Below, in pieces: positions 38,553 to 51,100 of a DNA stretch of 64,000 bases. The notes beneath the pieces were generated by a model. The model did no database searches, was not told where the DNA came from, and saw nothing but the letters and a program-made list of their open reading frames with translations. A program made the translations under genes and the position numbers. This stretch comes from Anolis carolinensis (taxonomy: Eukaryota): positions 8,237,802-8,301,801 of the forward strand of contig NW_026943825.1 in NCBI RefSeq assembly GCF_035594765.1, written 5' to 3'. Numbering within the stretch: the stretch's first letter is position 1; each line of letters opens with the position of its first letter.

Positions 38553-38749
38553 TTTGCTAAAAAAATAAGGGTTTTGTCTCGTTTCTTAATTTTTTTTTAT
38601 TTCTATTTATTTATTTATTTATTCAAATAGACACACATTTGTGAGTGTTTGTTGCATACAGTGCAATATTTTCCAGCTCTTCCATAATTGTTTCTCAGAT
38701 AATGTATTTTCTTTAAGGGGTCACAGTCCTCTATTGGCATCAGAGAGTT

Positions 38750-39220
38750 CACCTGTATCCAGAGAGGCCCCCACCCTGGTAGCATTCAGAAAGAGCTTGA
38801 AAACCTCACTCTTCACTCAGGCCTTTAGATAAATATTGCTCATCCCCATAACAATGCTGTTTCCGTGGCCATTTTCGTACTGGTTTGCACTTTTTACCTT
38901 TGTGAACTTGATATAGACACAGCGTCTACTCCCATCCCAATTCGCACTTCCAAGAATTTGCAGCACTTTATCAGTCACCTCGTGTTTACAATATTTATAT
39001 GGTGCACTTTACCCAGTCTATTTTTACAACCTCTCTATTTTAATTCATGTTTTTATTAAGTTTTTGACATTTATTGGGTAATGTTTAAATTTTTATAATT
39101 GTGCATGTCTCGTCTGTTGTTGTGTTTTATATTTTTATTGTTTTTATTCGGGCTTGGCCCCATGTAAGCCGCCCTGAGTCCCCTTTGGGGAGATAGAGGT
39201 GGGGTATAAAAATAAAGTTG
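38750..39220 (+). mobile_element. L2-clade LINE 3' fragment
   Basis: APTLVAFRKSLKTSLF-type ORF2 end, followed by the tail GTAAGCCGCCCTGAGTCCC...AATAAA. Short copies of this tail are scattered across the window. Confidence 0.6.
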
Positions 39221-39229
39221 TTGTTGTTG

Positions 39230-39279
<50 letters not shown>

Positions 39280-39281
<2 letters not shown>

Positions 39282-39754
39282 GACATAGCAAACAAGGTAG
39301 ATATGCTGGATTTCATATCACAAAATCACAAGTTGAACACTTCCCAAGTGTCTAGGACTGTGTGATGTATTTTCGGATGATGTGCGCAGATCCCAGTAGG
39401 GTGGCCTTTTGCAGTTGGCAGATCGTGATTTTGTCAATGTCTATTGTTTCCAAATGCCAGCTGAGATCTTTTGGCACGGCACCCAGTGTGCCCATCACCA
39501 CCGGGACCACCTACACTGGTTTCTGCCAGAGTCTTTGAAGTTCAATCTTGAGGTCCTGATAGCGGCTGAGTTTTTCCTGTTGTTTTTCGTCAATGCGACT
39601 GTCACCTGGGATGGCGACATCAATGATCCAAACCTTTTTCTTTTCCACAACTGTGATGTCTGGTGTGTTGTGTTCCAGAACTTTGTCAGTCTGGATTCGG
39701 AAGTCCCACAGTATTTTTGCCTGCTCATTTTCCAATACTTTTGCAGGTTTGTGA
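39280..39754 (-). mobile_element. R4/Dong-clade fragment
   Basis: ORF 39511-39822 matches the RLE domain. (ATT)n on both sides. Confidence 0.8.
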
Positions 39755-40579
39755 TTATTATTATTATTATTATTATTATACTGAACCCAGCCGACTTCAG
39801 ATCTGGACCAAACTTGCCACACAGACCCGACGTGGCCAACTGTGAATGTTTCAGGGTGGTTGCCCTGGGAATCCGGGAGTTGTAGTTCACCCTTAGCCAG
39901 AGAACACTGACCAAACTTGCCACATAGATTATGATGATGATAATAATAATAATAACTATTTTTCTATCCCACTTCCATCTCTTCCATCTCCCCGCAGGGA
40001 CTCTGAGTGGCTAACACAGGGCCAAGCCCAAAAAAACAAGTAAAATAAATATACAGTAGAGTCTCTTACCCAAGCTAAACGGGCCGGCAGAATCTTGGAT
40101 AAGTGAATATCTTGGATAATAAGGAGGGATTAAGGAAAAGCCTATTAAACATCAAATTAGGTTATGAATTTACAAATTAAGCACCAAAACATCATGTTAT
40201 ACAACAAATTGGACAGAAAACTTAGTTCAATACGCAGTAATGTTATGTTGTAATTACTGTATTTACGAATTTAGCACCAAAATATAACCATATATAGGAA
40301 ACATTGACTTCAAAAATGCCTTGGATAATCCAAAACCTTGGATAAGCGAGGCTTGGATAAGTGAGACTCTAATATATAAAGTAAAATACATATAAAAACA
40401 GCATCTTCAATCAAATAAAATGTTCGATGCTTTGATGTTCTGTGTTATGCAAATCTAGTTTCCTTATTGTCCTTGCTTAATTTAATTTGTGTGTGTGTGT
40501 TTCCGAATTTATTTTTTTTAAGAAAACAGCATCCACACTATACGCAACACCCGGGTCAGTTGCGCTTTTACCTCTCTCT

Positions 40580-40870
40580 GCCTCTACTTCCTGTTTTGGA
40601 GCACGAACATGACGTCACCGCGGGTGGTAGCCAATCACGGGCCTCGCCCCGCCGTCTCATTAACACTTTGGACCTGACGTCACCGCCGACGATAGCCAAT
40701 CAGAGATGGAGTGGGCGGGGTTTTTAAACCCGTGTTTTGCAGGAGGTGAAGGAGGGGCGCATGCGCAGAAAGGACCTACTTGTGTCTAACTGGGGAATGG
40801 GATGATCTGAACGGGGAGGGGGCGTGGCTTGTGGTGCTCACGTGACTTGCCTGCAGCTCAGTGCTGCTTC
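40580..40870 (+). promoter_or_regulatory. Probable PPOX promoter (CpG-rich)
   Basis: Two CRE TGACGTCA (~40610, ~40676), two CCAAT boxes (~40631, ~40696), GC boxes, NRF1 GCGCATGCGC ~40757, E-box CACGTGAC ~40839 and ETS ACTTCCTG. It is the only promoter-like island between the USP21 end and the PPOX ATG exon. Confidence 0.6.
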
Positions 40871-41335
40871 CTGGATCAGATAGTGTAGACACACACAGTC
40901 AGTGTTAATTTCAGAGGCAAGTAACAACTTATTATTATTATTATATTACTGTTATTATTATTACAGTAAAGTCTCACTTATTCAAGACTCGCTTATCCAA
41001 CGCATTTTTGTAGTCAATGTTTTCAATACATCGTGATATTTTGGTGCTAAATTCGTAAATACAGTAATTACTACATAGCATTACTGCGTATTGAACTACT
41101 TTTTCTGTCAAATTTGTTGCATAACATGATGTTTTGGTGCTTAATTTGTAAAATCATAATCTAATTTGATGTTTAATAGGCTTTTCCTTAATGCCTCCTT
41201 ATTATCCAACATATTTGCTTATCCAAGCTTCTGCCGGTCCGTTTCATAGAATCATAGAATCATAGAATAGTAGAGTTGGAAGAGACCTCAAGGGCCATCT
41301 AGTCCAACCCCCCGCTAAGAAGCAGGAAATCGCAT

Positions 41336-44078
41336 TCAAAGCACCCCCGACAGATGGCCATCCAGCCTCTGCTTAAAAGCCTCCAAAGAAGGAGCCTCCA
41401 CCACAGTCCGGGGTAGAGAGTTCCACTGCCAAACAGCCCTCACAGTGAGGAAGTTCTTCCTGATGTTCAGGTGGAATCTCCTTTCCTGTAGTTTGAAGCC
41501 ATTGTTCCGTGTCCTAGTCTGCAGGGCCGCAGAAAATAAGCTTGCTCCCTCCTCCCTATGACTTCCCCTCACATATTTGTACATGGCTATCATGTCTCCT
41601 CTCAGCCTTCTCTTCTGCAGGCTAAACATGCCCAGCTCTTTAAGCCTCTCCTCATAGGGCTTGTTCTCCAGACCCTTAATCATTTTAGTCGCCCTCCTCT
41701 GGACGCTTTCCAGCTTGTCAGCATCTCCCTTCATCTGCGGTGCCCAAAATTGGACACAGTGTGATTCCAGGTGTGGTCTGACCAAGGCAGAATAGAATAA
41801 GGGGGAGCAGGACTTCCCTGGATCTAGACGTTATTCCCCTATTGATGCAGGCCAAAATCCCATTGGCTTTTTTAGCTGCCGCATCACATTGTAGGCTCAT
41901 GTTTAACTTGTTGTCCACGAGGACTCCAAGATCTTTTTCGCACACACTGCTGTCAAGCCAGGCGTCCCCCATTCTGTATCTTTGATTTCCATTTTTTCTG
42001 CCGAAGTGAAGTATCTTGCATTTGTCCCTGTTGAACTTCATTTTGTTAGTTTCGGCCCATCTCTCTAGTCTGTCAAGATCGTTTTGAATTCTGCTCCTGT
42101 CTTCTGGAGTGTTAGCTATCCCTCCCAGTTTGGTGTCGTCTGCAAACTTGAGGATCGTGCCTTCTAACCCTTCGTCTAAGTCGTTAATAAAGATGTTGAA
42201 CAGAACCGGGCCCAGGACGGAGCCCTGCGGCACTCCACTTGTCACTTCTTTCCATGATGAAGACGACGCATTGGTGAGCACCCTTTGGGTTCGTTCGCTT
42301 AGCCAATTACAGATCCACCTAACCGTAGTTTTGTCTAGCCCACATTTTACTAGTTTGTTTGCCAGAAGGTCGTGGGGGACTTTGTCGAAGGCCTTACTGA
42401 AATCTAGATATGCTACATCCACGGCATCCCCTGCATCGACCCAACTCGTAACTCTATCGAAAAAAGAGATCAGATTAGTCTGGCATGACTTGTTTTTGGT
42501 AAATCCGTGTTGACTATTAGCAATGACCGCATTTGTTTCTAAGTGTTTGCAGACCACTTCCTTAATGATCTTTTCCAGAATCTTGCCTGGTATTGATGTG
42601 AGGCTGACCGGACGGTAATTGTTTGGGTCGTTCTTTTTTCCCTTCTTGAAGATAGGGACCACATTCGCCCTCCTCCAATCTGCTGGGACTTCTCCCGTTC
42701 TCCAAGAACTCTCGAAGATGATTGCCAGTGGTTCTGAAATAACTTCCGCTAGTTCCTTCAGTACTCTTGGGTGTAGCTGATCTGGCCCTGGGGACTTGAA
42801 TTCGTTTAGAGTGGCCAGGTGTTCCTGGACAACTTGTTTCCCTATTTGGGGTTGGATTTCCCCCAATCCTTCGTCCATTCCATGTTGCTGAGGTTGAAGA
42901 TGGCTTTCTTTTTGTGAGAAGACCGAGGCAAAGAAGGCATTAAGCAGTTCTGCCTTTTCCCTGTCCCCTGTCACCATCACCCCATCTACTCCTTGCAGTG
43001 GCCCTATCGCCTCCTTTTTCTTCCTTTTTCTACCAACATAAGCAAAAAAACCTTTTTTGTTGTTTTTTATGTCCCTGGCAAGCCTGAGCTCATTTTGCGC
43101 TTTAGCCTTGCGAACCTTTTCCCTACAGGAGTTGGCTATACGTTTGAATTCTTCTTTGGTGATTTCTCCCCTTTTCCACTTCTTGTGCATGTCACTTTTG
43201 AGCTTTAGCTCAGTTAGAAGTTCTTTGGACATCCATTCTGGCTTCTTTGCACTTGTCTTATTTTTCTTCTTTGTTGGCACTGTTTGCATTTGCGCCTTGA
43301 GTATTTCACTTTTGAAAAACTCCCATCCATCCTTAACTCCCTTGTTTTTTAATATCAGCGTCCATGGAATGCCGGTCAGTAATTCCTTCATTTTTTGGAA
43401 GTCAGCTCTCTTAAAGTCCAGAATGCGTGTTTGACTTGTCTTAGTTTCAGCATTCCTTTGTATTGCAAACTGCAGGAGCACATGGTCACTTGCCCCTAAG
43501 GATCCAACCACTTCAACTGTATTGATCAGGTCTTCCACATTTGTTAAGATTAGATCAAGAGTTGCTGATCCCCTTGTTGCCTCTTCTACCTTCTGGACCA
43601 TAAAATTATCTGCAAGGCAAGTGAGGAATTTGTTGGACTTTGTACTCTTGGCTGAGTTTGTTTTCCAGCAGATATCGGGATAGTTGAAATCGCCCATGAC
43701 TACTATATCTCTTCTTTGTGCCTGTTTGGTCAGCTGTTGACAGAAGGCTTCATCAAGTCCTTCATCCTGACTCGGAGGTCTGTAGTAGACACCCACGACA
43801 AGATCTTTTTGAGTCCCGGTTCCCTTGATTCTTATCCAGATGCTTTCAAGCTGGTTTCCCGGATTACAGTCTTGCATTTCTTCTGCAACGTAACTGTTTT
43901 TGACATATAAAGCTACTCCCCCTCCTCTCCCCTTTGTTCTATTTCTGTGAAAGAGGTTATAGCCCTCAATGGTTAAATTCCAGTGATGGGAGTCATCCCA
44001 CCAGGTTTCAGTGATGCCTATGACATCGTATGTGTGGTGCTGTGCTAGGAGTTGGAGTTCGTCTTGCTTATTTCCCAT
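41336..44078 (-). pseudogene. CR1 ORF2 (APE endonuclease plus reverse transcriptase), frameshifted near the C-terminus
   Basis: 786-aa ORF 41718-44078 (ITETWW, GDFN, SDH, YRPVSLTS, GVPQGSVLGP, FADD). It continues in another frame as 41336-41785 (VRPHLE...[12 protein letters not shown]). There is a ~4-nt insertion near 41790-41800. Confidence 0.85.
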
Positions 44079-44269
44079 GCTCTGAGCATTAGTGTAAAGA
44101 CATGTAAGCCCCTGTGACCTCCCCTCGAACTGTTTATTTGGGATTATTGTGCTCTCTGTACTTGGTCCTTGCTGTGTTTGTGCAGCCCTCCGTTTAGCCT
44201 TACGGCGGTTCCCTGTGGTCGTGGGTAATATAGTGTTCGCCAGGCTGTTGTTCCCCTCCCCCAGTGGAT

Positions 44270-45541
44270 TTAGTTTAAAGTGCGCCTGATGAGGTTTGTG
44301 AGTCTGTGTGCAAAAAGATGTTTTCCTACTTGTGTGAGATGCACCCCATCGCTTGCCAGTAGTCCATCCTCTTGGAAGAGTAGACCATGGTCAAGGAAGC
44401 CAAAATGCTCCTCTTGACACCATTTTCTGAGCCAGTTATTGACCTGTACTATTTTTCCGGCCCTTGTAGAGCCATGTCCTACAACAGGGAGGAGGGATGA
44501 AAAGATCACATGTACATTATACAGTTTTAGCTTTGTTCCCGGAGCTCGAAAATCATTTGTGATCTTTTGAAAAGTATGCCTAGCGGTGTCATTGGTACCT
44601 ACATGAATCAACATAAGGTGGGGAGGGTGATGGGGCTTTAGGAGCCTGCTGAGCCTCTGAGTGATATGGTGTATTTTTGCCCCCGGGAGGCAGCATGTTT
44701 CTCGAGCCATCCCATCCGGTCTGGAAATGATGGCTTCCGTTCCTCTAAGGAGGGAGTCACCTACTACCAAGACCTGTTTCCTTTGAGGATTGACAGGGTC
44801 CCTTTTGTGCAAGACAGTGTGTATGTCCCCTGAAGAGTGTTCCTGTTGAAGTGAATCATGTAGGTGTAAAGTGTTGTCCTCCTCCTCAACATCCCCAGTG
44901 CATTCATCAATGACAATCCATTGAGATACATCCGAGAGCCCATTACTCTCCCAAGGATGTTCCTGTTGCTCCTGGTCTATGATTGGGGATGGAGCATTTG
45001 CATGATTACATAAGTGTGACTGTGGTGATGCACTGTCCCTGTCAGGGCTATCCCCTGCGCATTGATCCAGGATGGTCCACTGAGTGGTATCTAAGAAACT
45101 GTGGTCCTCCACAAGATGTGTTTCCTGATTGTATGTTAATGATGTAAGAATTTCAAATCTGTTGTGTAAATGCAGCTGAGCAGAGGAGTTCTGTGGAGGC
45201 TGCCTGGTCCTGCGTCTCCTTCTATGGGTGACCTCCTTCCAAGCCTGAGGGTTGTCTACCTTTGAGTTGATCTCCCCATAAGGTTCCTGATCATGGTCTT
45301 GGTGGTGTTGGTGTGATGCAGGCTGCTGATCTACAGCAGCGTGTTGTGCAGTGTCCAAGAAGAGCTCGAGTGCCTGAATGTCCTTAAGGGTCTTAATACG
45401 GTGCTCGAGCTGTTGGATCCTCTGCTCCATCAGAGTCATCTGTTTGCATTTGGAGCAGATGTAGTTGTCTAGTTTTTGTGTGAAAAAGCGGAACATGCCA
45501 CAGCTGGTGCATGTGATGGGAATGTTTTGCTTTTGTTGCAT
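44270..45541 (-). CDS. CR1 ORF1p (N-terminal CxxC zinc finger/coiled coil plus SGNH esterase-like domain)
   Basis: 423-aa ORF with CTSC...CSKC, VVGDSLLRG, IHVGTND and DGVHL motifs. Confidence 0.88.
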   Translation of the reverse strand: MQQKQNIPITCTSCGMFRFFTQKLDNYICSKCKQMTLMEQRIQQLEHRIKTLKDIQALELFLDTAQHAAVDQQPASHQHHQDHDQEPYGEINSKVDNPQAWKEVTHRRRRRTRQPPQNSSAQLHLHNRFEILTSLTYNQETHLVEDHSFLDTTQWTILDQCAGDSPDRDSASPQSHLCNHANAPSPIIDQEQQEHPWESNGLSDVSQWIVIDECTGDVEEEDNTLHLHDSLQQEHSSGDIHTVLHKRDPVNPQRKQVLVVGDSLLRGTEAIISRPDGMARETCCLPGAKIHHITQRLSRLLKPHHPPHLMLIHVGTNDTARHTFQKITNDFRAPGTKLKLYNVHVIFSSLLPVVGHGSTRAGKIVQVNNWLRKWCQEEHFGFLDHGLLFQEDGLLASDGVHLTQVGKHLFAHRLTNLIRRTLN

Positions 45542-46129
45542 CTCTTGGTGAGCGTGGTGGCCAAGTGGGATCTTTGTACAGTTAAGTAATATGCACGCAC
45601 TTTATGTGCAGACTGCAACAAACCACGTCTTTGTGTATTTGTTTATGTTGCTTTGTTTCCTGTATGTACTGCAAAGGATAGTTAGTAAAGGTGCCTTTTT
45701 CTTCTGCGAGAACCAACTGCCCTTCTGGGATCAGGCTCTGGCAGAAACTCACACTGGCAAATAAAGCTTTCCCAGAAACTCAATTAACAGGGGACAATGC
45801 CTGCTGTCAATCAACTTAAGTACCTGGCTCTCTTTCAACACAACAGTCACACAACAGTTAGACTTTGACCACAGGAGCCAAGCCCAAACTCAGTTTAAAA
45901 TCTTAGCCAAATCTTAGCTACATGGGTGGAGTTTATGTTGGATAAGTGAAACTCTACTGTATTATTATTATTATTATTATATTACTGTTGCTGTTATTAT
46001 TATTATATTACTGTTGTTATTTTTATTATATTACTGTTGTTATTTTTATTATATTACTGTTGTTGTTATTATTATATTACTGTTGTTGTTATTATTATTA
46101 TTATTATTATTATATTACTGTTATTTTAT

Positions 46130-46480
46130 TATGACACAGCAAACAAGATAGATATGCTGGATTTCATATCACAAAATCACAAGTCGAACACTTCCCAAGT
46201 GTCTAGGACTGTGTGATGTATTTTCAGATGATGCCCGCAGATCCCAGTCGGGTGGCCTTTTGCAGTTGGCAGATCGTAATTTTGTCAATGTCTGTTGTTT
46301 CCAAATGCCGGCTGAGATCTTTTGGCACGGCACCCAATGTGCCCATCACCACCGGGACCACCTGCACAGGTTTCTGCCAGAGTCTTTGAAGTTCAATCTT
46401 GAGGTCCTGATAGCGGCTGAGTTTTTCCTGTTGTTTTTCGTCAGTGCGACTGTCACCTGGGATGGCAACATCAATGATCC
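46130..46480 (-). mobile_element. R4/Dong-clade 3' fragment
   Basis: Matches the 3' end of the 2306-3028 element and is embedded in (ATT)n. Confidence 0.78.
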
Positions 46481-46504
46481 TGTTATTATAATAATAACAA
46501 TACT

Positions 46505-46552
<48 letters not shown>

Positions 46553-48179
46553 GTGGTTAACCCCCAGAAACTCAGTCCTTAAAGTGTGTGATGTTGTGCA
46601 AGTTTGCTCTGGATGCATCATGGGTGGAGTTCATTGTCCTCTCTGGCTCTAGGGTGAACTACAACTTCCTCATAGGTCCATTTCCTAACTTTAACCCAAA
46701 CCCCTTCAGTCATCCAATTTAAGAATATCAGGCCCGTGTGTCAATTTTGGTTCAGATTCATCGGTGTTTGGCTTCACAGTGGATGTAGGTGAACTACAAC
46801 TCCCCCAAATCAAGACAAATTTCGCCCAAAGACCTCCAGTATTTTTTGCTGGTCATGAAGGCTCTGTGTGCCAAGTTTGGTCCAATTCCATCTTTGGTGG
46901 ATCTCAGAGTGCTCATAGATTGCAAGTGAACTATACATCCCAGTACCTACAACTCAAAACTGTCCAGGCCAATTCCTCTCAAAACCAACCAATATTCAAA
47001 TTTGGGCATACCAGGTATGCATGCCAAGTTTGGTCCAGATCCATCATTGTTTGGGTTTATAATGTGCTCTGGATGGAGGTGAACTACAACTCCTATAAAT
47101 CCCTCCAAAGACCGCCAGTATTTTGTGTTGGTCATGGGGGGTTCTGTGTACAGTAGAGTCTCACTTATCCAAGCTAAACGGGCCGGCAGAAGCTTGGATA
47201 AGCGAATATCTTGGATAATAAGGAGAGATTAAGGAAAAGCCTATTAAACATCAAATTAGGTTATGATTTTACAAATTAAGCACCCAAACATCATGTTATA
47301 CAACAAATTGGATGCAAAAGTAGTTCAATACGCAGTAATGTTATGTTGTAATGACTGTATTTACGAATTTAGCACCAAAATATCATGATACAATAGAGTC
47401 TCACTTATCCAACATAGACGGGCCGGCAGAACGTTCATAATGGGCTCTGAATGTAGGTGAACTACAACTCCCATAAAACCCTCCAAAGACTTCCAATATT
47501 TTTTTTCTTGGCATGTATTATTTTCCTGTATTTATTATTATTATTACATGTATTATTTTACTCTGTTATTATTCAAAGGATACATAAGGGCATTTACATT
47601 GAAGAAGATGAGAATAATGATTTGATCAGAGTTGGACAGTCTTATCTTATGTAAATATTCAAAAACATTTAACTTACTGATACCTCAATTAATGTAATTT
47701 TATTGGTATCTGTTTTTATTTCTGAAATTTGCCACTCTCGATTTATACTGGAGTCAATGTTTTTCCAGTTTTTGGGGGGTTTTTTTGGTAAAATTAGGTG
47801 CCTCGGCTTATATTTGGGTCGGCTTATACTCGAGTATATACGGTAATTTTATTGGTATCTGTTTTTATTTCTGAAATTTACCACCCTTGGCTTATACTGG
47901 AGTCAATGTTTTCCCAGTTTTTTTGTTGGTAAAATTAGGTTCCTCGGCTTATATTCGGGTCGGCTTATACTCGAGTATATACGGTAATTTTATTGGTATC
48001 TGTTTTTATTTCTGAAATTTGCCACTCTCAGCTTATACTGGAGTCAATGTTTTCCCAGGTTTTTTGCGGTAAAATTAGGTGCCTCAGCTTATATTCGGGT
48101 CGGCTTATACTCGAGTATATACGGTAAATTAAAAATAGATGTATTCAGTGATATTTCTGCTTCTTGCAGAAGTTTTCCG

Positions 48180-51100
48180 ATGCCGCGGACTGTGGCCGTC
48201 CTTGGCGGAGGGGTCAGTGGCTTGTCCGCCTGCTTCTACCTCTCCCGGAGCCCCCAGGCGCCCAAGGTGAGCCCCCTTAACCCGTCGGTCTATCTACACT
48301 GCAGATTTAATGCAGTTTGATGCCACTTTAGCTGCCATGGTGGCTCCGTTGTGGCCCACGACCAACGCCACTTAATTTCCAATCGAGGAGACGACGGGGA
48401 AAGCCTGTATCACCTTGAGATCTTCTGTTTTAGGTCATCCTTCTCGAAAGCAGCAGCCGCTTGGGAGGCTGGATCAGCTCCACGCGGACAGAGGACGGAG
48501 CTGTTTTCGAACACGGACCCCGAGGGGTCCGTCCCGCCGGGAATGTGGGCAAGAATACCCTCCTTATGGTATGTTGGGCCCACGGAAGAGAAGGGAGGGA
48601 ACTGAGGCACAGCTGGGATAAATGAGTCAACCACCTTGTGCCTATGCACAAAGGAATCTATTTCAAGTTGCCACTTTTGGACTCTTGCTTGCTGAGGTGT
48701 TCCTGTGAGTATCTCTGTGGATCTTAGGGAGCAGTTTCTTGATTTAAGGCAGTGGTTCCCAAACTTATTTGGCCTGCCGCCCCCTTTCCAGAAAAAATAT
48801 GACTCAGCGCCCCCTGGAAAGGCGGGTGTGGCTTAGAGGGGTGGGCGTGGCTCCTGCTCAAGAGGGCGGGGCTGAGCCTCTCCCCGATCTAAGATGCAGG
48901 GCGGGGAGGGGAAGGTGGGCGGGGCCACCAATAGGTGGCCAGGACTGGGATGGGCAGAGTTACAAGCTCTGAGGCAGGGCTGAGCTTCTATCCCTGTTCT
49001 GGACACAGGGGGCGGGGCTAGAGGAGGGGGCGGGGCCTGTTCCCAAGTGATGGGGCTGGACCTCTATACCCCGCCCCAGTGTTCTAACAAGTACCTCAGG
49101 GGAGGTATACAGATGCTCTTGGAAAGAGGCCCCGCCCCCACCCCTAGCCCCGCCCTTTAATCCTAAAAGGCCTCTCAGGAGAGATATAGATGCTCAGTCC
49201 TGTCTCGGGCTCTTGGGAAGAGGCCCCGCCCCCTTCCCTAGCTCCGCCCTCTGTGTCCCAACAAGCGCCTCAGGAGAGGTATAGATGCTCAGCCCTGTCT
49301 CAGGCTCTTGGGAAGAAGCCACGCCCCCACCCCTAACTCCGCCCTTTAGTCCTAAAAGGCCTCCCAGGAGAGGTATAGAGGCTCAGCCCTGTCTCGGACT
49401 CTTGGACAGAGGCCCCGCCCCCTTCCCTAGTTCTGCCCTTTAGTCCTAAAAGGCCTCTCAGGAGAAGTATAGAGGCTCAGCCCTGTCTTGGACTCTTGGA
49501 AAGAGGCCACGCCCCCTTCCCTAGTTCTGCCCTTTAGTCCTAAAAGGCCTCTCGGGAGAAGTATAGAGGCTCAGCCCTGTCTTGGACTCTTGGACAGAGG
49601 CCCCGCCCCCTTCCCTAGTTCTGCCCTTTAGTCCTAAAAGGCCTCTCGGGAGAAGTATAGAGGCTCAGCCCTGTCTTGGACTCTTGGAAAGAGGCCACGC
49701 CCCCTTCCCTAGTTCTGCCCTTTAGTCCTAAAAGGCCTCCCAGGAGAGGTATAGAGGCTCAGCCCTGTCTTGGACTCTTGGAAAGAGGCCCCGCCCCCTT
49801 CCCTAGTTCTGCCCTTTAGTCCTAAAAGGCCTCTCGGGAGAAGTATAGAGGCTCAGCCCTGTCTTGGACTCTTGGACAGAGGCCCCGCCCCCTTCCCTAG
49901 TTCTGCCCTTTAGTCCTAAAAGGCCTCTCGGGAGAAGTATAGAGGCTCAGCCCTGTCTTGGACTCTTGGAAAGAGGCCACGCCCCCTTCCCTAGTTCTGC
50001 CCTTTAGTCCTAAAAGGCCTCCCAGGAGAGGTATAGAGGCTCAGCCCTGTCTTGGACTCTTGGAAAGAGGCCCCGCCCCCTTCCCTAGTTCTGCCCTTTA
50101 GTCCTAAAAGGCCTCTCGGGAGAAGTATAGAGGCTCAGCCCTGTCTTGGACTCTTGGACAGAGGCCCCGCCCCCTTCCCTAGTTCTGCCCTTTAGTCCTA
50201 AAAGGCCTCTCAGGAGAAGTATAGAGGCTCAGCCCTGTCTTGGACTCTTGGACAGAGGCCCCGCCCCCTTCCCTAGTTCTGCCCTTTAGTCCTAAAAGGC
50301 CTCCCAGGAGAGGTATAGAGGCTCAGCCCTGTCTTGGACTCTTGGAAAGAGGCCCCGCCCCCTTCCCTAGTTCTGCCCTTTAGTCCTAAAAGGCCTCTCT
50401 GGAGAAGTATAGAGGCTCAGCCCTGTCTTGGACTCTTGGAAAGAGGCCCCGCCCCCTTCCCTAGTTCTGCCCTTTAGTCCTAAAAGGCCTCCCAGGAGAG
50501 GTATAGAGGCTCAGCCCTGTCTCGGACTCTTGGACAGAGGCCACGCCCCCTTCCCTAGTTCTGCCCTTTAGTCCTAAAAGGCCTCCCAGGAGAGTTATAG
50601 AGGCTCAGCCCTGTCTCGGACTCTTGGACAGAGGCCCCGCCCCCTTCCCTAGTTCTGCCCTTTAGTCCTAAAAGGCCTCCCAGGAGAGGTATAGAGGCTC
50701 AGCCCTGTCTCGGACTCTTGGACAGAGGCCACGCCCCCTTCCCTAGTTCTGCCCTTTAGTCCTAAAAGGCCTCCCAGGAGAGGTATAGAGGCTCAGCCCT
50801 GTCTCGGACTCTTGGACAGAGGCCACGCCCCCTTCCCTAGTTCTGCCCTTTAGTCCTAAAAGGCCTCCCAGGAGAGTTATAGAGGCTCAGCCCTGTCTCG
50901 GACTCTTGGACAGAGGCCCCGCCCCCTTCCCTAGTTCTGCCCTTTAGTCCTAAAAGGCCTCCCAGGAGAGGTATAGAGGCTCAGCCCTGTCTTGGACTCT
51001 TGGACAGAGGCCACGCCCCCTTCCCTAGTTCTGCCCTTTAGTCCTAAAAGGCCTCCCAGGAGAGTTATAGAGGCTCAGCCCTGTCTCGGACTCTTGGACA

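Larger units (their letters stand above)
41245..45930 (-). mobile_element. Near full-length CR1 LINE inserted inside a Tc1/mariner MITE
   Basis: Has ORF1, ORF2 and a (ATTCTATG)n 3' tail at 41245-41270. The host MITE halves lie at 40964-41244 and 45931-45959, with GTTT duplicated at both junctions. Confidence 0.93.
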
